A stretch of DNA of 60,147 nt, taken from assembly GCF_004010195.1 (NCBI RefSeq), contig NC_057718.1:31866641-31926787 (forward strand), given 5' to 3'. Positions 11,167 through 23,685 of this stretch are shown here, one piece after another. This stretch comes from Chiloscyllium plagiosum. Lineage: Eukaryota. Position numbers and translations under genes: made by a program. The notes under the pieces are model-generated. The model was not told the origin of the DNA. It saw only the letters and a list, made by a program, of their open reading frames with translations, and ran no database searches. Position 1 is the stretch's first letter. Each line of letters starts with the position of its first letter.

Positions 11167-11800
11167 GCATTTGGTATGCTTTCCTTTATTGGTCAGAGTA
11201 TTGAGTACAGGAGTTGGGAGGTCATGCTGCAGCTGTACAGTACATTGGTTAGGACGTTGCTGGAATATTGCGTGCAATTCTAGTCTCGAAATTCTAGTCT
11301 ATCAGAAGGATGTTATGAAACTTAAAAGATTTACAAGAGTGTTGCCATAGTTGGAGGATTTGGGCTATTGGGAGAGGTTGAATAGGCTGGGGCTGTTTTC
11401 CCGGGAATGTTGGAGGATGAGGGGTGACCTTATTGAGGGTTATAAAATCACGAGAGGCGTGGATAGGATAAATAGACAAAGTCTCTTCCCTGGGGTGGGA
11501 GGAGTCCAGAACTAGAGGGCATAGGTTTAGGGTGTGAGGGGAAAGAAAAAAATGACTTAAACGGCAACTTTTTCACACAGAGGGTGGTACATGTATGAAG
11601 TGAACTGCCAGAGGAAGTGGTGGAGGCCAGTACGATTGCAACATTTAAAAGGCATCTAGATGGGTATATCAATAGTAAGGGTTTGGAGGTTTATGGGCCA
11701 GATGCTGGCAGGTGGATTTAGATTGGGTTGGGATTTCTGATTAGCATGGACGATTTGGACCAAAGGGTCTGTTTCCGTGCTGTACATTTCTATGACTCTA
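11167..11800 (+). mobile_element. CR1/HER1 LINE, 5'-truncated 3' end
   Basis: Starts gcatttggtatgctttcc (AFGMLSFIGQSIEYRSW). Closely similar to 23054-23685 and ends in ctatgactcta. Confidence 0.93.
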
Positions 11801-12431
11801 GGTTTCAAGGCAAGCAAATGCATTTGATCTTCAATTATGTTTTCAGTATTATGCCTCTAAACGTACAAATCTATCTGCCACAAATCCATGCTAAGTTTGT
11901 AATAATTTTCAAATGGCTAATAAACTGAACATCTTTTGGAAATGGAAAATCTTTATCCAGAAAGAGGTAAAACTGACAGTGCATTTTTTTCCTTAAAGAG
12001 ACTTTACTGTTTCTTCAAAAGTAAATTACACTGTCCATAATGCAGTAGATTCTACAGTCCTTAATTCTATTTATACTATTATATTGCACTGAAGACAAAA
12101 ATACTGTCCTATTTTCTGCCATTTCCCATTGCAATACATATATTTTCATCAGCGTTCATTCACATGGGGTACTGTTCAGAGTCCCAAATCTATATAGTCA
12201 TAATGTTACAGAGCAATACTACATATTAAATGTTGTCTTACCAATTCAACTCCATGCTCCTAAATTTAAGAAAACAGTTCAGATTTGCTTTTAAGTTCCA
12301 ACAATTTCTTAAATTTCATTACTATGAATTCATTATATTTATAATCTAAAGATATTTCCTTGGCATTAAAAGAAGTGCTATGGAACAATATTTGGAATCT
12401 ATAATTCACGACAGAGTGACTGAACATTTTG

Positions 12432-14945
12432 AGTGGAGTAAGCAATGGGGCACAGGTTTCTCGCACAGAGTCTGTCCCTGTTGCTCAGAATGGAAGGAGG
12501 GAGAGGAGCAGAGCATTAGTCATTGGGAACTCCATAGTTAGGGATACAGGCAGGAGGTTCTGTGGGAATGAGGGGGAGGGGAAGCAGCCCTGAGTTGTGT
12601 CCACATAGGCACCAGCGACATAGGTAGGAAGAGAGATGGGTATTTAAGGCAGAAATTCAGGGAGCTAGGGTGGAAGCTTCAAGCTAGAACAAACAGAGTT
12701 GTTATCTCTGGTTTGTTACCCATGCCAAGTACTAGCGAGACAAGGAATAGGGAGAGAGAGGAGTTGAACACATGGCTACAGGGAAGGTACAGGAGGGAAG
12801 GTTTTGAATTCCTGAATAATTGGGACTCTTTCTGGGGTAGGTTGGACCTCTAAAACAGGATGGTCTTCACCTGAATCAGAGGGGTAATAATTTCCTGCAG
12901 GGGAAATTTGCTAATGCTCTTCGGGTGGGTTTAAACTAATTCAGCAGGGGGATGGGAACCTAAATTGTAGTTCGAGCATAGAGGAGTTGAGAGTAGGGAG
13001 GTCCAAAATAAGATTTCAGGGTCGCAAGACGGTACCAGCAAGCAAAAGGTTAGTTTGAAGTGTGTCTAATTCAACACCAGGAGTGTCTGGAATTAAGTGG
13101 TGAACTTGGGTCAGTACCTAGGATTTCGATGTTGTGGCTATTTCAGAGACATGGGTAGAGCAGGGACAGGAATAGTTGTTGCTGGTTCCGGGATTTAGAT
13201 GTTTCAGTAAGAACAGAGAAAATGATAAAAGAGGTAAGAGTTTGGCATTGTTAATCAAGGGCAGTATTATGGCAGCAGAAAGAACGTTTGAGGACTTGTC
13301 AGCTGAGGTAGTATGGGCTGAGATTAGAAACAGGAAAGGAGAGGTCACCTCTGTTAGGAGTTTTCTATAGCCCTCTAAATAGCTCCAGAGATGCAGGGGA
13401 AAGGATAGCAAAAATGACTCTCGATAGGAGCGAGAGTGACAGGGTAGTTGTTATGGGGCACTTTAACTTCCCAAACCTTGACTGGGAATTCTATAGTTCA
13501 AATACTTCAGATGGGCCAACAAGGGGCGAAGCCACATTAGATTTGGTACTGGGTAGTGAACCCGGCCAAGTGTTAGATTTGGAGGTAGGTGAGCACTTTG
13601 GTGATAGTGACCACAATTCAATTATGTTTACTTTAGCAATGGAAAGGGATAGGTATACACCAGAGAACAAGAGCAACAGCTGGGGAAAGGCAAGTTCCAT
13701 GCAATCAGACAAGATTTAGGATGCATAGGATGGTGAAGGAAACTGCAGGGCATGGGCACAATAGAAATGTGGAATTTATTCAAGGAACAGCTACTGGATG
13801 TCCTTGATAAGTATGTACCTATCAGACAGGGAGGAAATTGTCGAGTGCAGGAGCCATGGTTTACTGAGGAAGTTGAATCTCTTGTCAAGAGGAAGATGAC
13901 AAGTTAGTTAGGATGAGATATGAAGGCTCAGTTAGGGCGATTGAGAGTTACAAGGTAGCCAGGAAAGTCCGAAAGAGCGAGCTAAGATGAGTAAGGAGGG
14001 GACATGAGAAGTTGTTGGCGGAGAGGATCAGGGAAAATGCTAAAGCTTTCTATAGGTATATAAGGGATAAAAGAATGACTACAGTAAGATTAGGGCAAAA
14101 CAAGGACAGTAGTGGGAAGTTGTGTGCGGAGTCAGAGGAGATAGGGGAAGTACTAAATGAACATTTTTCGTCAGTATTCACACTAGAAAAAGACAATGTT
14201 GTTGAGGAGAATACTGAGAAACAGGTTATTAGACTAGGCGGGATTAAGGTTCACAAGGAGGTAGTGTTAAAAATTCTGGAAAGTGTGAAAATAGATAAAT
14301 CCCCTGGGCTGGATGGGATTTGTCCTAGGATTCTCTGGGAAGCCAGGAAGGAGAATGCCAAGCCCTTGGCTTTGATTTTTATGTCGTTATTGACTACAAG
14401 AATAGTACTAGAAGACTGGAAGATAGCAAGTGTTGTTCCCTTATTCAAGAAGGGGAGTAGAGACAGCCCTGGTAATCATAGACCAGTCAGCCTTATTTCA
14501 GTTGTGGGTAAAGTGTTGGAAAAGGTTATAAGAGATAGGATTTATAATCATCTAGAAAGGAATAAGTTGGTTAGGGATAGTCAACATGGTTTCGTGAAGG
14601 ATATGTCATGCCTCACAAACTTTATTAAGTTCTCTGAGAAGGTGACCAAATGGAGAATGAGGGTAAAGCCATTAATGTGGTGTATATGGATTTCAGTAAG
14701 GCATTTGATAAGGTTCCCCATGATAGGCTACTGCACAAATTATGGAGGTATGGGATTGAGGACGATTTAGCGGTTTGGATCAGAAATTGGCTAGCTGAAA
14801 GTACACAGAGGGTGGTGGTTGATGGGAAATATTCATTCTGAAGTTCAGTTTCTACTGCAATAGTAAGGATCTGTTTTGGGTCCACCACTGTTTGTCATTT
14901 TTATAAACGACCTAGAGGAGGGTGTAGAAGGATGGGTTAGTAAAT
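12432..14945 (+). mobile_element. CR1 LINE internal fragment: esterase ORF1, APE endonuclease and RT, decayed
   Basis: ORF1 motifs LVIGNS, HIGTSD and DGLHLN. ORF2 motifs MGHFNFP, LDLVL, GDSDHN, KSPGLDGI, SQHGF and YMDFSKAFDKVPH. Many stops and frameshifts. Confidence 0.95.
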
Positions 14946-15046
14946 CTGGCAACTAATTCATTACCTATGCCAATACATTACAGACACCATGTGTCTTAAC
15001 TCTGCCCACTAATCTCTTATGTAAGACCTTATTAAAAGCCTCCTGA

Positions 15047-15440
15047 TGTTGGTGTAGTGATAATGTTATTGGACTAGTGATTCAGCATCCCAGCCTAATG
15101 CACTAAGGACATGAAGCGGTCAGCCATGACCTCAGTGAATGTCAGAGCAGGCTTGAAAAGCAAAACCGCTGCCGCTAATTTGTTTGTTTGAATGACGTGG
15201 GTTTAAATCCCACTGTAACAGCTAAATGAATTCAAATTTAATTCATAAAATCTGGAATGGAAAGCTAGTCTCATTAATGATGACCACAAATCTATCGGTT
15301 GTTGTACAAATCATCTGGTTTACAAAGTGTAGGAAATCTACTGTCCTTATTTGGTCTGACCTACACGTGACTCTAAACAGCGAGGTGGTTAACTCTTAAC
15401 TGCCCTATACATTCAGTTCAACAGTCAATTCGGGAAAGTT
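15047..15440 (+). mobile_element. Old tRNA-derived SINE (same family as 3660) carrying a short CR1-tail insert at about 15115-15193
   Basis: Reads ggtgtagtgataatgttattggactagt...gacatg [insert tcagccatgacc...gaatgtcagagcaggctt] gacgtgggtttaaatcccact...ggaaatctactgtcctta. Confidence 0.75.
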
Positions 15441-15494
15441 AACAGATAAAATAAAGACAATTCTGAGCAATACGTTTTGGCAATAATCTACTAG

Positions 15495-15935
15495 TTTTTG
15501 AAGACAGGCAATGCAGATTTACAGCAATGCTACCAGCGTGTTAACGTTAGCTTGAGGGGAAATTACTTAAGTGGGCTTTTATTCACAGGAAACAGAAGGA
15601 TAATGATGATTTGATTGGGTTTTCCCAATCTTGATAGCAACGGTTAGGGTCACTAGATTAAAAGTTTCCACCGGCACAGTTTAGTACAAAGAAAAATAAT
15701 ACAACCAGAGCCAACCATTCAGGAATAAAGTTAGGAAATACGTATTTAAACAAAAAGGTGGTAGAAGTATGGAAGTCACTCCCATAAAAACCAACAGCTG
15801 CCAGCTCAAGTAGTAACTTTTAAATGTGATTTTTGAGAGTTGTTATTTTTGCTATTTAAGGGTAAGGAGGCAAGGTAGTTGGAATACAAATTAGCCATGC
15901 TGTCACTGAATAGAAGAGCAGGCACTAGGATTCAA
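15495..15935 (+). mobile_element. Old CR1 3' fragment
   Basis: Reads agatttacagcaatgctacca...aaaggtggtagaagtatggaagtcactccc...ttagccatg...gaatagaagagcaggc. Confidence 0.55.
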
Positions 15936-17427
15936 AAGAAGTAGGCTAGATAGAAAATTTGAGAAACATATTCTAAAACTACACAGTTGAAGAAAACTAT
16001 ATTGCAGTCAATTAAATTAAGTCAACGATTATGTAATTTGGCCATGCAGAATTTCTTAATTACAAGAACTTATGACACTTTAAAAGGAAATAGTTGCAAA
16101 TACATTATTAGAATGATTGATTCTTTCATTACCTTTACTTACAGATTTGACACCCACAGCTGTGAATCCACTTGTCATAGACTGGTGATAAATCATATCT
16201 AACCTTCAATCAGCTGCTACATTTGTCACCCTGTACAAGTGGAGTATCTCACCTTGAAGAGGTAAAACTGACAGCATGTCTCACCCTGCAGCAACCACAA
16301 TTCTTACTAACTATTACACACAGAAACACTGATTCAAGAGGCAAATGCTTTTAATGACCAATGGTATTAAATATGCTTTTCAAAAAAATTAGTGCAAATG
16401 GAATTGGACATTTAAAAACAAAATATTCAACATTTTCTTACTTGCTAGATGCTGAAAGCACTGTCAGAACTGCACACAGTGTGTCATTAAGACAGCTTTA
16501 ATTCAATTATAGGCAAACTCAGACATGTCACATATGTTAAATGTAATAGTTTTATATAGCTGCAAGGCACTATACTGATTTATGGACATCAGCATCATCA
16601 TACTAGTGACAGAAATGGCTTGACATTTTATAGGATGGAAAAGTAACAAAAACAGTTGTGTGCATCACATTTAACTGAGTAGAACAGTAAGTACAGAATA
16701 CTGCCAAAGTAGATGCTTCTCTTATAAGTGTACAGAAAACAAAAGTGACAAAATCCATTCTTTTGTTTTCTCTGAATTTTCAAAAGGCATTTGGCACTGT
16801 GACAGACAGTAACATTGTTAATGCCACAACTCAGTGGTTTTTTTGCCCATGATGACATCACACTGAAATTTGGACCATGATTGACTTGCTGCTGAGTAAT
16901 GTCAAAATTTGGCAGTGTTTGAGTTAATATACCAAATTCAGAAAAACGATTTCATAGAAAAAAGAAGTTTGTTGAAACACAACCAGAAAGGTTAATTCAA
17001 ATATCAAAATAAAACTTTAAATTGCCATGCTTAACATGGCAACCCATAAAGCCAGACACCGAGTCTGCAGGCCAGATTAATACAAAGAGCATGGGTTTCA
17101 ATCCCCATTTAAATTGAGGTCTACTAAGTGCCGGTCATAATTCAATGAAAAATAGCAAAGGATCAGCCCACAGACACTAAACTCAAGGGGATGTTATGTG
17201 ATTCTAAAATCAATAACCAAGCACCAGAGAACTGTCGCAGATTATCCTGTACTATTCACACTGCTCTCCATCTTGTACATAACTGCACTTGCAGTTTCCT
17301 ATAAACTCCAATGGCAATTTGATATCGATTCAGAGCATACCAGCAGCTATGCTTTGAACATTAACATGTTACTCTGCTGCTGAAACCCTCATCCAAGTCA
17401 TTTTCAGATCAAGTCCAATTATTTCAA

Positions 17428-17532
17428 TACTGAAACAACAAAAATTGTTGGGGAAACTCAGCAATTCTGGCAGCGTCTGTGGGGAAAAAATAGAGTTAAC
17501 ATTTCGAGTCTGGTTACTCTGCAGCAGAACTC
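17428..17532 (-). mobile_element. PLE terminal fragment with eroded hammerhead motif
   Basis: Minus strand reads agttctgctgcagagtaaccagactcGAAATGTTaactct, followed by cagacgctgccagaattgctgagtttcccca. Confidence 0.6.
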
Positions 17533-18015
17533 TGTCTTGGCTGACTTCCCATTCTCCACCCTCCATAAACTATTGCTTGAAAGCTGTGGTGCCGCATTCC
17601 ATTTTACTTTCACAGGTTTCCTAGATAATCTACACTTGCATGGAAAACTCATTTTTTATTTTGCCTATCTTGCCTTTCTGATTTTTGTGACCTCGATCAG
17701 CCCTGTAACAATGTAATTCCTAAGGCAAGACCTCTTGTCCATGATTTATACCCCCTCTGCTTGCATTTGGAAAAAGAAATAAGGAATTGTGAACTTCTGC
17801 AAAGCTGTTTCTGTTCTGATACCAACTAGAAATGCGGCAGAAACAGCATTCATTGCAAAAATGAATTTCTGCTGTACTTCTGGTGAAGTTGCTTTCACAA
17901 TGAAGCAGCAGCTTCCTGGAAATCCCAGGACAAAGTCTGAAAGTGAAAGATCATTTGTTAAGATTTATGACTTAAGTACTAAAACTGATACATAAAACGA
18001 GAAAATATTCCTTAC

Positions 18016-18157
18016 CTGATGATGATGGATGTTTCTGATGCTGCAGCTGAAATTATGATAGAGACGGAATTTCTCAGTATCTTTTTTGTGTCCATCCTTT
18101 TCTTTTGTAGTTGCTTTTGTCAAAGTTGACTGAATAAAAGCAACATTTTGTTCACAC
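18016..18157 (-). CDS. SRBD1: SRBD1 coding exon 8 (CEQNVAFIQSTLTKATTKEKDGHKKDTEKFRLYHNFSCSIRNIHHHQ)
   Basis: Splice sites gtatttatag|G TGT and CAT CAG|gtaagg. 142 nt, phase 2 to 0. Motif KF.LY..FSC.IRNIHHHQ. Confidence 0.96.
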
Positions 18158-18429
18158 CTATAAATACACATCATGGCATTAATATCAATTCTTACTTTTA
18201 CAACCAGGCCAGATTTTGTTTAAAAAAATACACCTTGCTTTAAGAAAGTAGTATTTATTGTCAATAACTTCACATGTCAAAGGACATGACAAAGGTTTCT
18301 AAAATGATGCAAGTATATTCTCTGAATGGATGATTTTATAACTTGGGCGCATGCATATAAAACATAAAGGCAAAGAATCAAGTGAGATGTACACAATCCA
18401 GTCACTTAAAGCTCACCATTAAGGGAGTT

Positions 18430-18812
18430 TTTTTTTTATTCCTGGATTACTAATTTACTGAATTTAAATTCCTCTAGTTTCTGTAGTGGAGTTTGAACTC
18501 ATTCCTCATGAGCATTACTGAGAACAAAAATCACAGCAGATCAGGCAGCACCCATTGGGAGAGAGCAAGCTAACATTTCGAGTTTAGATGACACTTAATC
18601 AGACCGAGAGTCATCCAGATTCGAAGCATTAGCTTGCTTGCTCTCTCTCTGTCTCTCCCCCCCCAGGGATGTTTCCAGAGCCGCTGTGATCACGAGCAGT
18701 TTTTGTTTTCAGTGCAGGTCCCAGCAACTGCAGTAATGTGTTCCTCCTCGGTATTAGGCTGGGCCTCCAGATTCCTCCAATAGTAATATAACCACAATGT
18801 CATGGTTTCCTC
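18430..18812 (-). mobile_element. Old SINE head (family of 3660) split by a fold-back PLE mini-element
   Basis: gaatttaaattcc...gtggagtttgaactcattcc...agcatta resumes after 18745 as tattaggctgggcctccagatt...agtaatataaccaca. Confidence 0.6.
18518..18745. mobile_element. Fold-back PLE-derived mini-element with hammerhead-like centre (third terminal family)
   Basis: Arm gagagcaagctaacatttcgagtttagatgac pairs with gtcatccagattcgaagcattagcttgc, and outer tcacagc pairs with gctgtga. The left arm reads CTGATTA-a-gtgtc-atct-aaactc-GAAAT-GTT-agc on the minus strand. Confidence 0.7.
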
Positions 18813-18949
18813 AAATTGATTAATACATTTTCCGTCAAACAACTCAAAAAGTTATCAAACTATTCAAATCTTTCAAATGCAAAATTATAGGTTTCATGGG
18901 CACTAATCTGTGAACCCCTGGTGATAATCGCCGAGACTAGCTTTATATT

Positions 18950-19536
18950 CATAGTCATACAGCACGGAAACAGACTCTTCGATACAACTGATCCACACTG
19001 ACCAAATATCCCAACCTGACCTCGTCCCACTTGGCCCTTACCCAAAACCCTTCCTATTAATATACCTAACCAGATGCCTTTTCAGTGTTGTATCCATCTC
19101 CACCACTTACTCTGGCAGCTCGTTCAATACATGCACCACCCTCTGCATGAAAAAGTTATCCCTAAGGTCCTTTATAAATCTTTCCCCTCTCATCTTAAAA
19201 CTATGCCCTCTACTTTGGACATCCCTAAAACATATTCACCTGATACATGCACCTCATGATTTTATAAACCTCTATAATATCACCCGCCAGTCTTGACACT
19301 GTAAGGGAAACAACCCCAGCCTATTCAGCCCTCCCTCGAGCTCAAACCCACCAGTCCTGGCAACATCCTTGTAAATCTTTTCTGCACCCTCTCAAGTTTA
19401 ACATCATCCTTTCCATAGGAGGACCAAAATTGAAAGCATTATTGCAAAGATGATCGCTTCAATGTCCTGTAAAGCCACAACATGACTTTGTGGCTTTGTT
19501 GAGTATAGTCAACGCACTGACCAACAAAGGCAAGCA
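18950..19536 (-). mobile_element. CR1 LINE 3' portion (host element; continues at 23686)
   Basis: Reverse complement of the CR1 3' end and tail (atagtcatacagcacggaaacag...). Breaks at gaccaacaaaggcaagcat. Confidence 0.9.
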
Positions 19537-19537
19537 T

Positions 19538-22500
19538 GAAAATCAGAGTGCGTCCGGGAAAATTGGGCGAAGTTCACCCCAGAAACAGATAAGTGTATTA
19601 TTTCTCAGTGTGACCTACAGAAAGTCTGCAGTAGAGAGTAGAATGGGTTCTTTCTTCATTAGATGCTTACTTTGAGATATGTCTCTTGATTAAACTTAAA
19701 ACATAAGCCATAACTATTAATTTAACCTGGGGCAGTGTTTTGTAGAGGAATAAGACAGTGTTATTTTCTGGGTCTGCAGATTGTGAAGGAGCAAAAATGG
19801 CCTTTAGTAAAGTGAAATGCGCTTCTTGTCAGATGTGGGAGTTTAAAGAGAGTTTAGGGGTTACCGCGGATCTGCAACAAATGCTGCTGGTTGCGAATCT
19901 TATCAGATCAAATGGATCGGTTGGAGAGAGAGTTAAAAGCAATGAGGAATTTGTAACAGCAACAGCATGTGATGAATGGCAATTATAGGAAAGGGGAAAA
20001 GTCTCAGATACAGTCACACAGCTGGGTTAACTCCAGGAAACGTAAGAGAGGTAGGCACCTAGTGCAGGAGCCTTCTGTGGCTATACCCATTTCAAACAAG
20101 TATGCTGTTTTGGTGATGGATTATCAGGGGAAAGTAGCACAAACAGCCAGGTTTCTGGTATTGAGACTGGCTCTAAAGCAATGAGGGGTACGTTGGGTTC
20201 CAAGAGATCAATTGTGTTAGAGATTCTCCAGTCCAAGGTACAGACAGACATTTCTGTGGCCAGCAGCGACAAAGCAGAATGGTGTGTTGCTTCCCTGGTG
20301 CCAGGATCAAGGATGTCTCAGAGAGGGTACAGAATGTTCTCAAGGAGGACAGGGGCCAGCAAGAGGTCATTGTCCACATTGGAACCAATGACATAGGAGG
20401 GGAAAAGGTAGAGATTTTGAAGGCAGATTACAGAGAGTTAGGGAGGAATTTAAAAAGGAGGCCCACGAGAGTAGTAATATCTGGATTACTCCCGGTACTA
20501 CGAGCTACTGAGGGCAGGAATAGGAGGATAGGGCAAATGAATGCATGGCTGAGGAGCTGGTGTATGGGAGAAGGATTCACATTTTTGGATCATTGGAATC
20601 TCTTTAGGGGTAGAAGTGACCTGTACAAGAAGGATGGATTGCACCTAAATTGGAAGGGGACAAACTGGCCAGGAGATTTGCTAGAGCTGCTCAAGAGGAT
20701 TTAAACTAGTAAGGTGGGGGGGATGGGACCCAGGAAGATAGTGAGGAAAGAGATCAATCCGAGACTGGTACAGTTGAGAACAGGAGCCAGTCAAACAGTC
20801 TGGGTAGGCAGGGACAAGGTAGCACTAATGAATTAAACTACATTTATTTCAATGCAAGGTGCCTAACAGGGAAGGCAGATGAACTCAGGGCATGGTTAGG
20901 AACATGGGACTGGGATATCATAGCAATTACAGAAACAAGGCTCAGGGATGGGCAGGACTGGCAGCTTAATGTTCCAGGATACAAATGCTACAGGAAGGAT
21001 AGAAAGGGAGGCAAGAGAGGAGGGGGAGCGACACTTTTGATAAGGGATCGCATTACAGCTGTGCTGAGGGAGGATATTCCCAGAAATACATCCAGGGAAC
21101 TGAGAAATAAGAAAGGAATGGTCACCTTATTGGGATTGCATTACAGACTCCCTAATAGTCAGAGGGAAATTGAGAAACAAGCTTGTAAGGAGATCTCAGC
21201 TATCTGTAAGAATAATAGGCTGCTTATGGTAGGGGATTTTAACTTTCCAAACATAGACTGGGACTGCCAAAGTGTTAAGGGTTTAGATGGAGAGGAATTT
21301 CTTAAGTGCATACAAGACTATTTTTTGATTCAGTATGTGGATGTACCTACGAGAGAAGGTGCAAAACTTGACCATCTCTTGGGAAATAAGGTAGGGCAGG
21401 TGACTGAGGTGTCAGTGGGGGAGTACTTTGGGGCCAGCGACCATAATTCTATTCGTTTTAAAATAGTGATGGAAAAGAATAGACCAGATCTAAAAGTTGA
21501 AGTTCTGAATTGGAGAAAGGCCAATTTTGACGGTATTAGGCAAGAACTTTCAAAAGCTGATTGGGGGCAAATGTTCGCAGGCAAAGGGATGGCTGGAAAA
21601 TGGGAAGCCTACAGAAATGAGATAACAAGAATCCAGACAAAGCTTATTCCTGTTAGGGTGAAAGGAAAGGCTGGTAGGTATAGGGAATGCTAGATGACTA
21701 AAGAAATTGAGGGTTTGGGTAAGAAAAAGGAAGCATATGTCAGATATAGACAGGATAGATCGAGTGAATCCTTAGAAGTGTATAAAGGAAGTAGGAGTAT
21801 ACTTAAGAGGGAAATCAGGAGGGCAAAAAGGGGACATGAGATAGCTTTGGCAAATAGAATTAAGGAGAATCCAAAGAGTTTTTACAAATACATTAAGGAC
21901 AAAAGGGTAACTAGGGAGAAAATCGGGCCCCTCAAGAATCAACAAGGTGGCCTTTGTGTAGAGCCGCAGAAAATGGGGGAGATATTAAACGAGTATTTTG
22001 CATCAGTATTTACTGTGGAAAAGGATCTGGAAGATATAGAGAGTAGCGAAATAGATGGTGACACCTTGCAAAATGTCCATATTACAGAGGAGCAAGTGCT
22101 GGATGTCTTTAAACGCATAATGGTGGATATATCCCCAGGACCTGATCAGGTGTACCCTAGAACTCTGTGGGAAGCTAGCGAAGTGATTGCTGGGCTTCTT
22201 GCTGAGATATTTGTATCATCAATAGTCACAGATGTCAGAAGACTGGAGGTTGGTGCCACATGGTGCCACTCTTTAAGAAGGGTGGCAAGGACAAGCCAGG
22301 GAACTATAGACCAGTGAGCTTGACCTCGGTGGTGGGCAAGTTGTTGGAGGGAATCCTGAGGGACAGGATGTACGTGTATTTGGAAAGGCAAAGACTGATT
22401 AGGGATAGTCAACATGGCTTTGTGTGTTGGAATCACATCTCACAAACTTGATTGAGTTTTTTGAAGAAGTAACAAAGAGGATTGATGAGGGCAGAACAGT

Positions 22501-23685
22501 AAATGTGATCTATATGGACTTCAGTAAGGCATTCGACAAGTTTCCCCATGGGAGACTGATTAGCAAGGATAGATCTCACGGAATACAGGGAGAAGTAGCC
22601 ACGTGGATACAAAACTGGCTCAAAAGTAGAAGACAGAGGGTGGTGGTGTAGGGTTGTTTTTCAGACTGGAGGCCTGGGACCAGTGGAGTGCCACAAGGAT
22701 CGGTGCTTGGTCCTCGACTTTTTGTCATTTGCATGAATGATTTGGATGCGAGCATAAGAGGTGCAGTTCGTAAGTTTGCAGATGACACCAAAATTGTATG
22801 TGTAGTGGACAGCAAAGAAGATTACCTCAGATCACAACAGGATCTTGATCAGCTGGACCAACGGACCGAGAAGTGGCAGATGGAGTTTAATTTAGATAAA
22901 CATGAGGTGCTGCATTTTGGGAAAGCAAATCTTAGCAGGACTTATATACTTAATGGTAAGGTCCTAGAGAGTGTAGCTGAACAAAGAGACCTTGGAGTGC
23001 AGGTTCAGAGTTCCTCGAAAGTAGAGTCACAGGTAGATAGGATAGTGAAGGCGGCATTTGGTATGCTTTCTTTTATTGGTCAGAGTATTGAGTACAGGAG
23101 TTGGGACGCCATGTTACTGCTGTACAGGACATTAGTTAGGCCACTGTTGGAATTGTGTGTGCAATTCTGATCTCCTCCCTATCGGAAAGATGTTGTGAAA
23201 CTTGAAAGGATTCAGAAAAGATTTACAAGGATGTTGCCAGGGTGAAGGATTTGAGCTGTAGGGAGAGGCTGAACAGGTGGGGCTGTTTTCCCTGGAGTGT
23301 TGGAGGCTGAGGGGTGACCTTATAGAGATTTACAAAATTATGAGGGGCATGGACAGGTTAAATAGACAAAGTCTTTTCCCTGGGCTGGGGGAGTCTAGAA
23401 CTAGAGGGCATAGGGTGAGAGGGGAAAGATATAAAAGAGACCCAAGGGGCAACTTTTTCCACACAGAGGGTGGTATGTGTATGGAATGAGCTGCCAGAGG
23501 AAGTAGTGGAGGCTGGTACAATTGCAACATTTAAAAGGCATTTGGATGGGTATATGAATAGGAAGGGTCTGGAGGGATATGGGCTGGGTGCTGGCAGGTG
23601 GGACTAGATTGGATTGGGATATCCGGTCAGCATGGACAGGTTGAACCGAAGGGTCTGTTTCCATGCTGTACATCTCTAGGACTCT
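19538..23685 (+). mobile_element. Near full-length CR1/HER1 LINE (5' UTR, zinc-finger/SGNH-esterase ORF1, APE-RT ORF2, 3' UTR), inactivated
   Basis: ATG at 19797 starts MAFSKVKCASCQMWE. ORF1 motifs CFPGARIKDV, HIGTND and DGLHLN. ORF2 motifs YFNAR, GDFNFP, SDHN, SPGPD, NYRPVSLTS, DFSKAFDK, VPQGSVLGP and KFADDTK. Ends in catctctaggactct. Scattered stops and frameshifts. Confidence 0.97.

Noticed and set aside
14012..23170. ORFs of 140-250 aa as functional RT or endonuclease genes
   Set aside because: They are fragments of CR1 ORF1/ORF2 broken by stops and frameshifts. No intact ORF is present.
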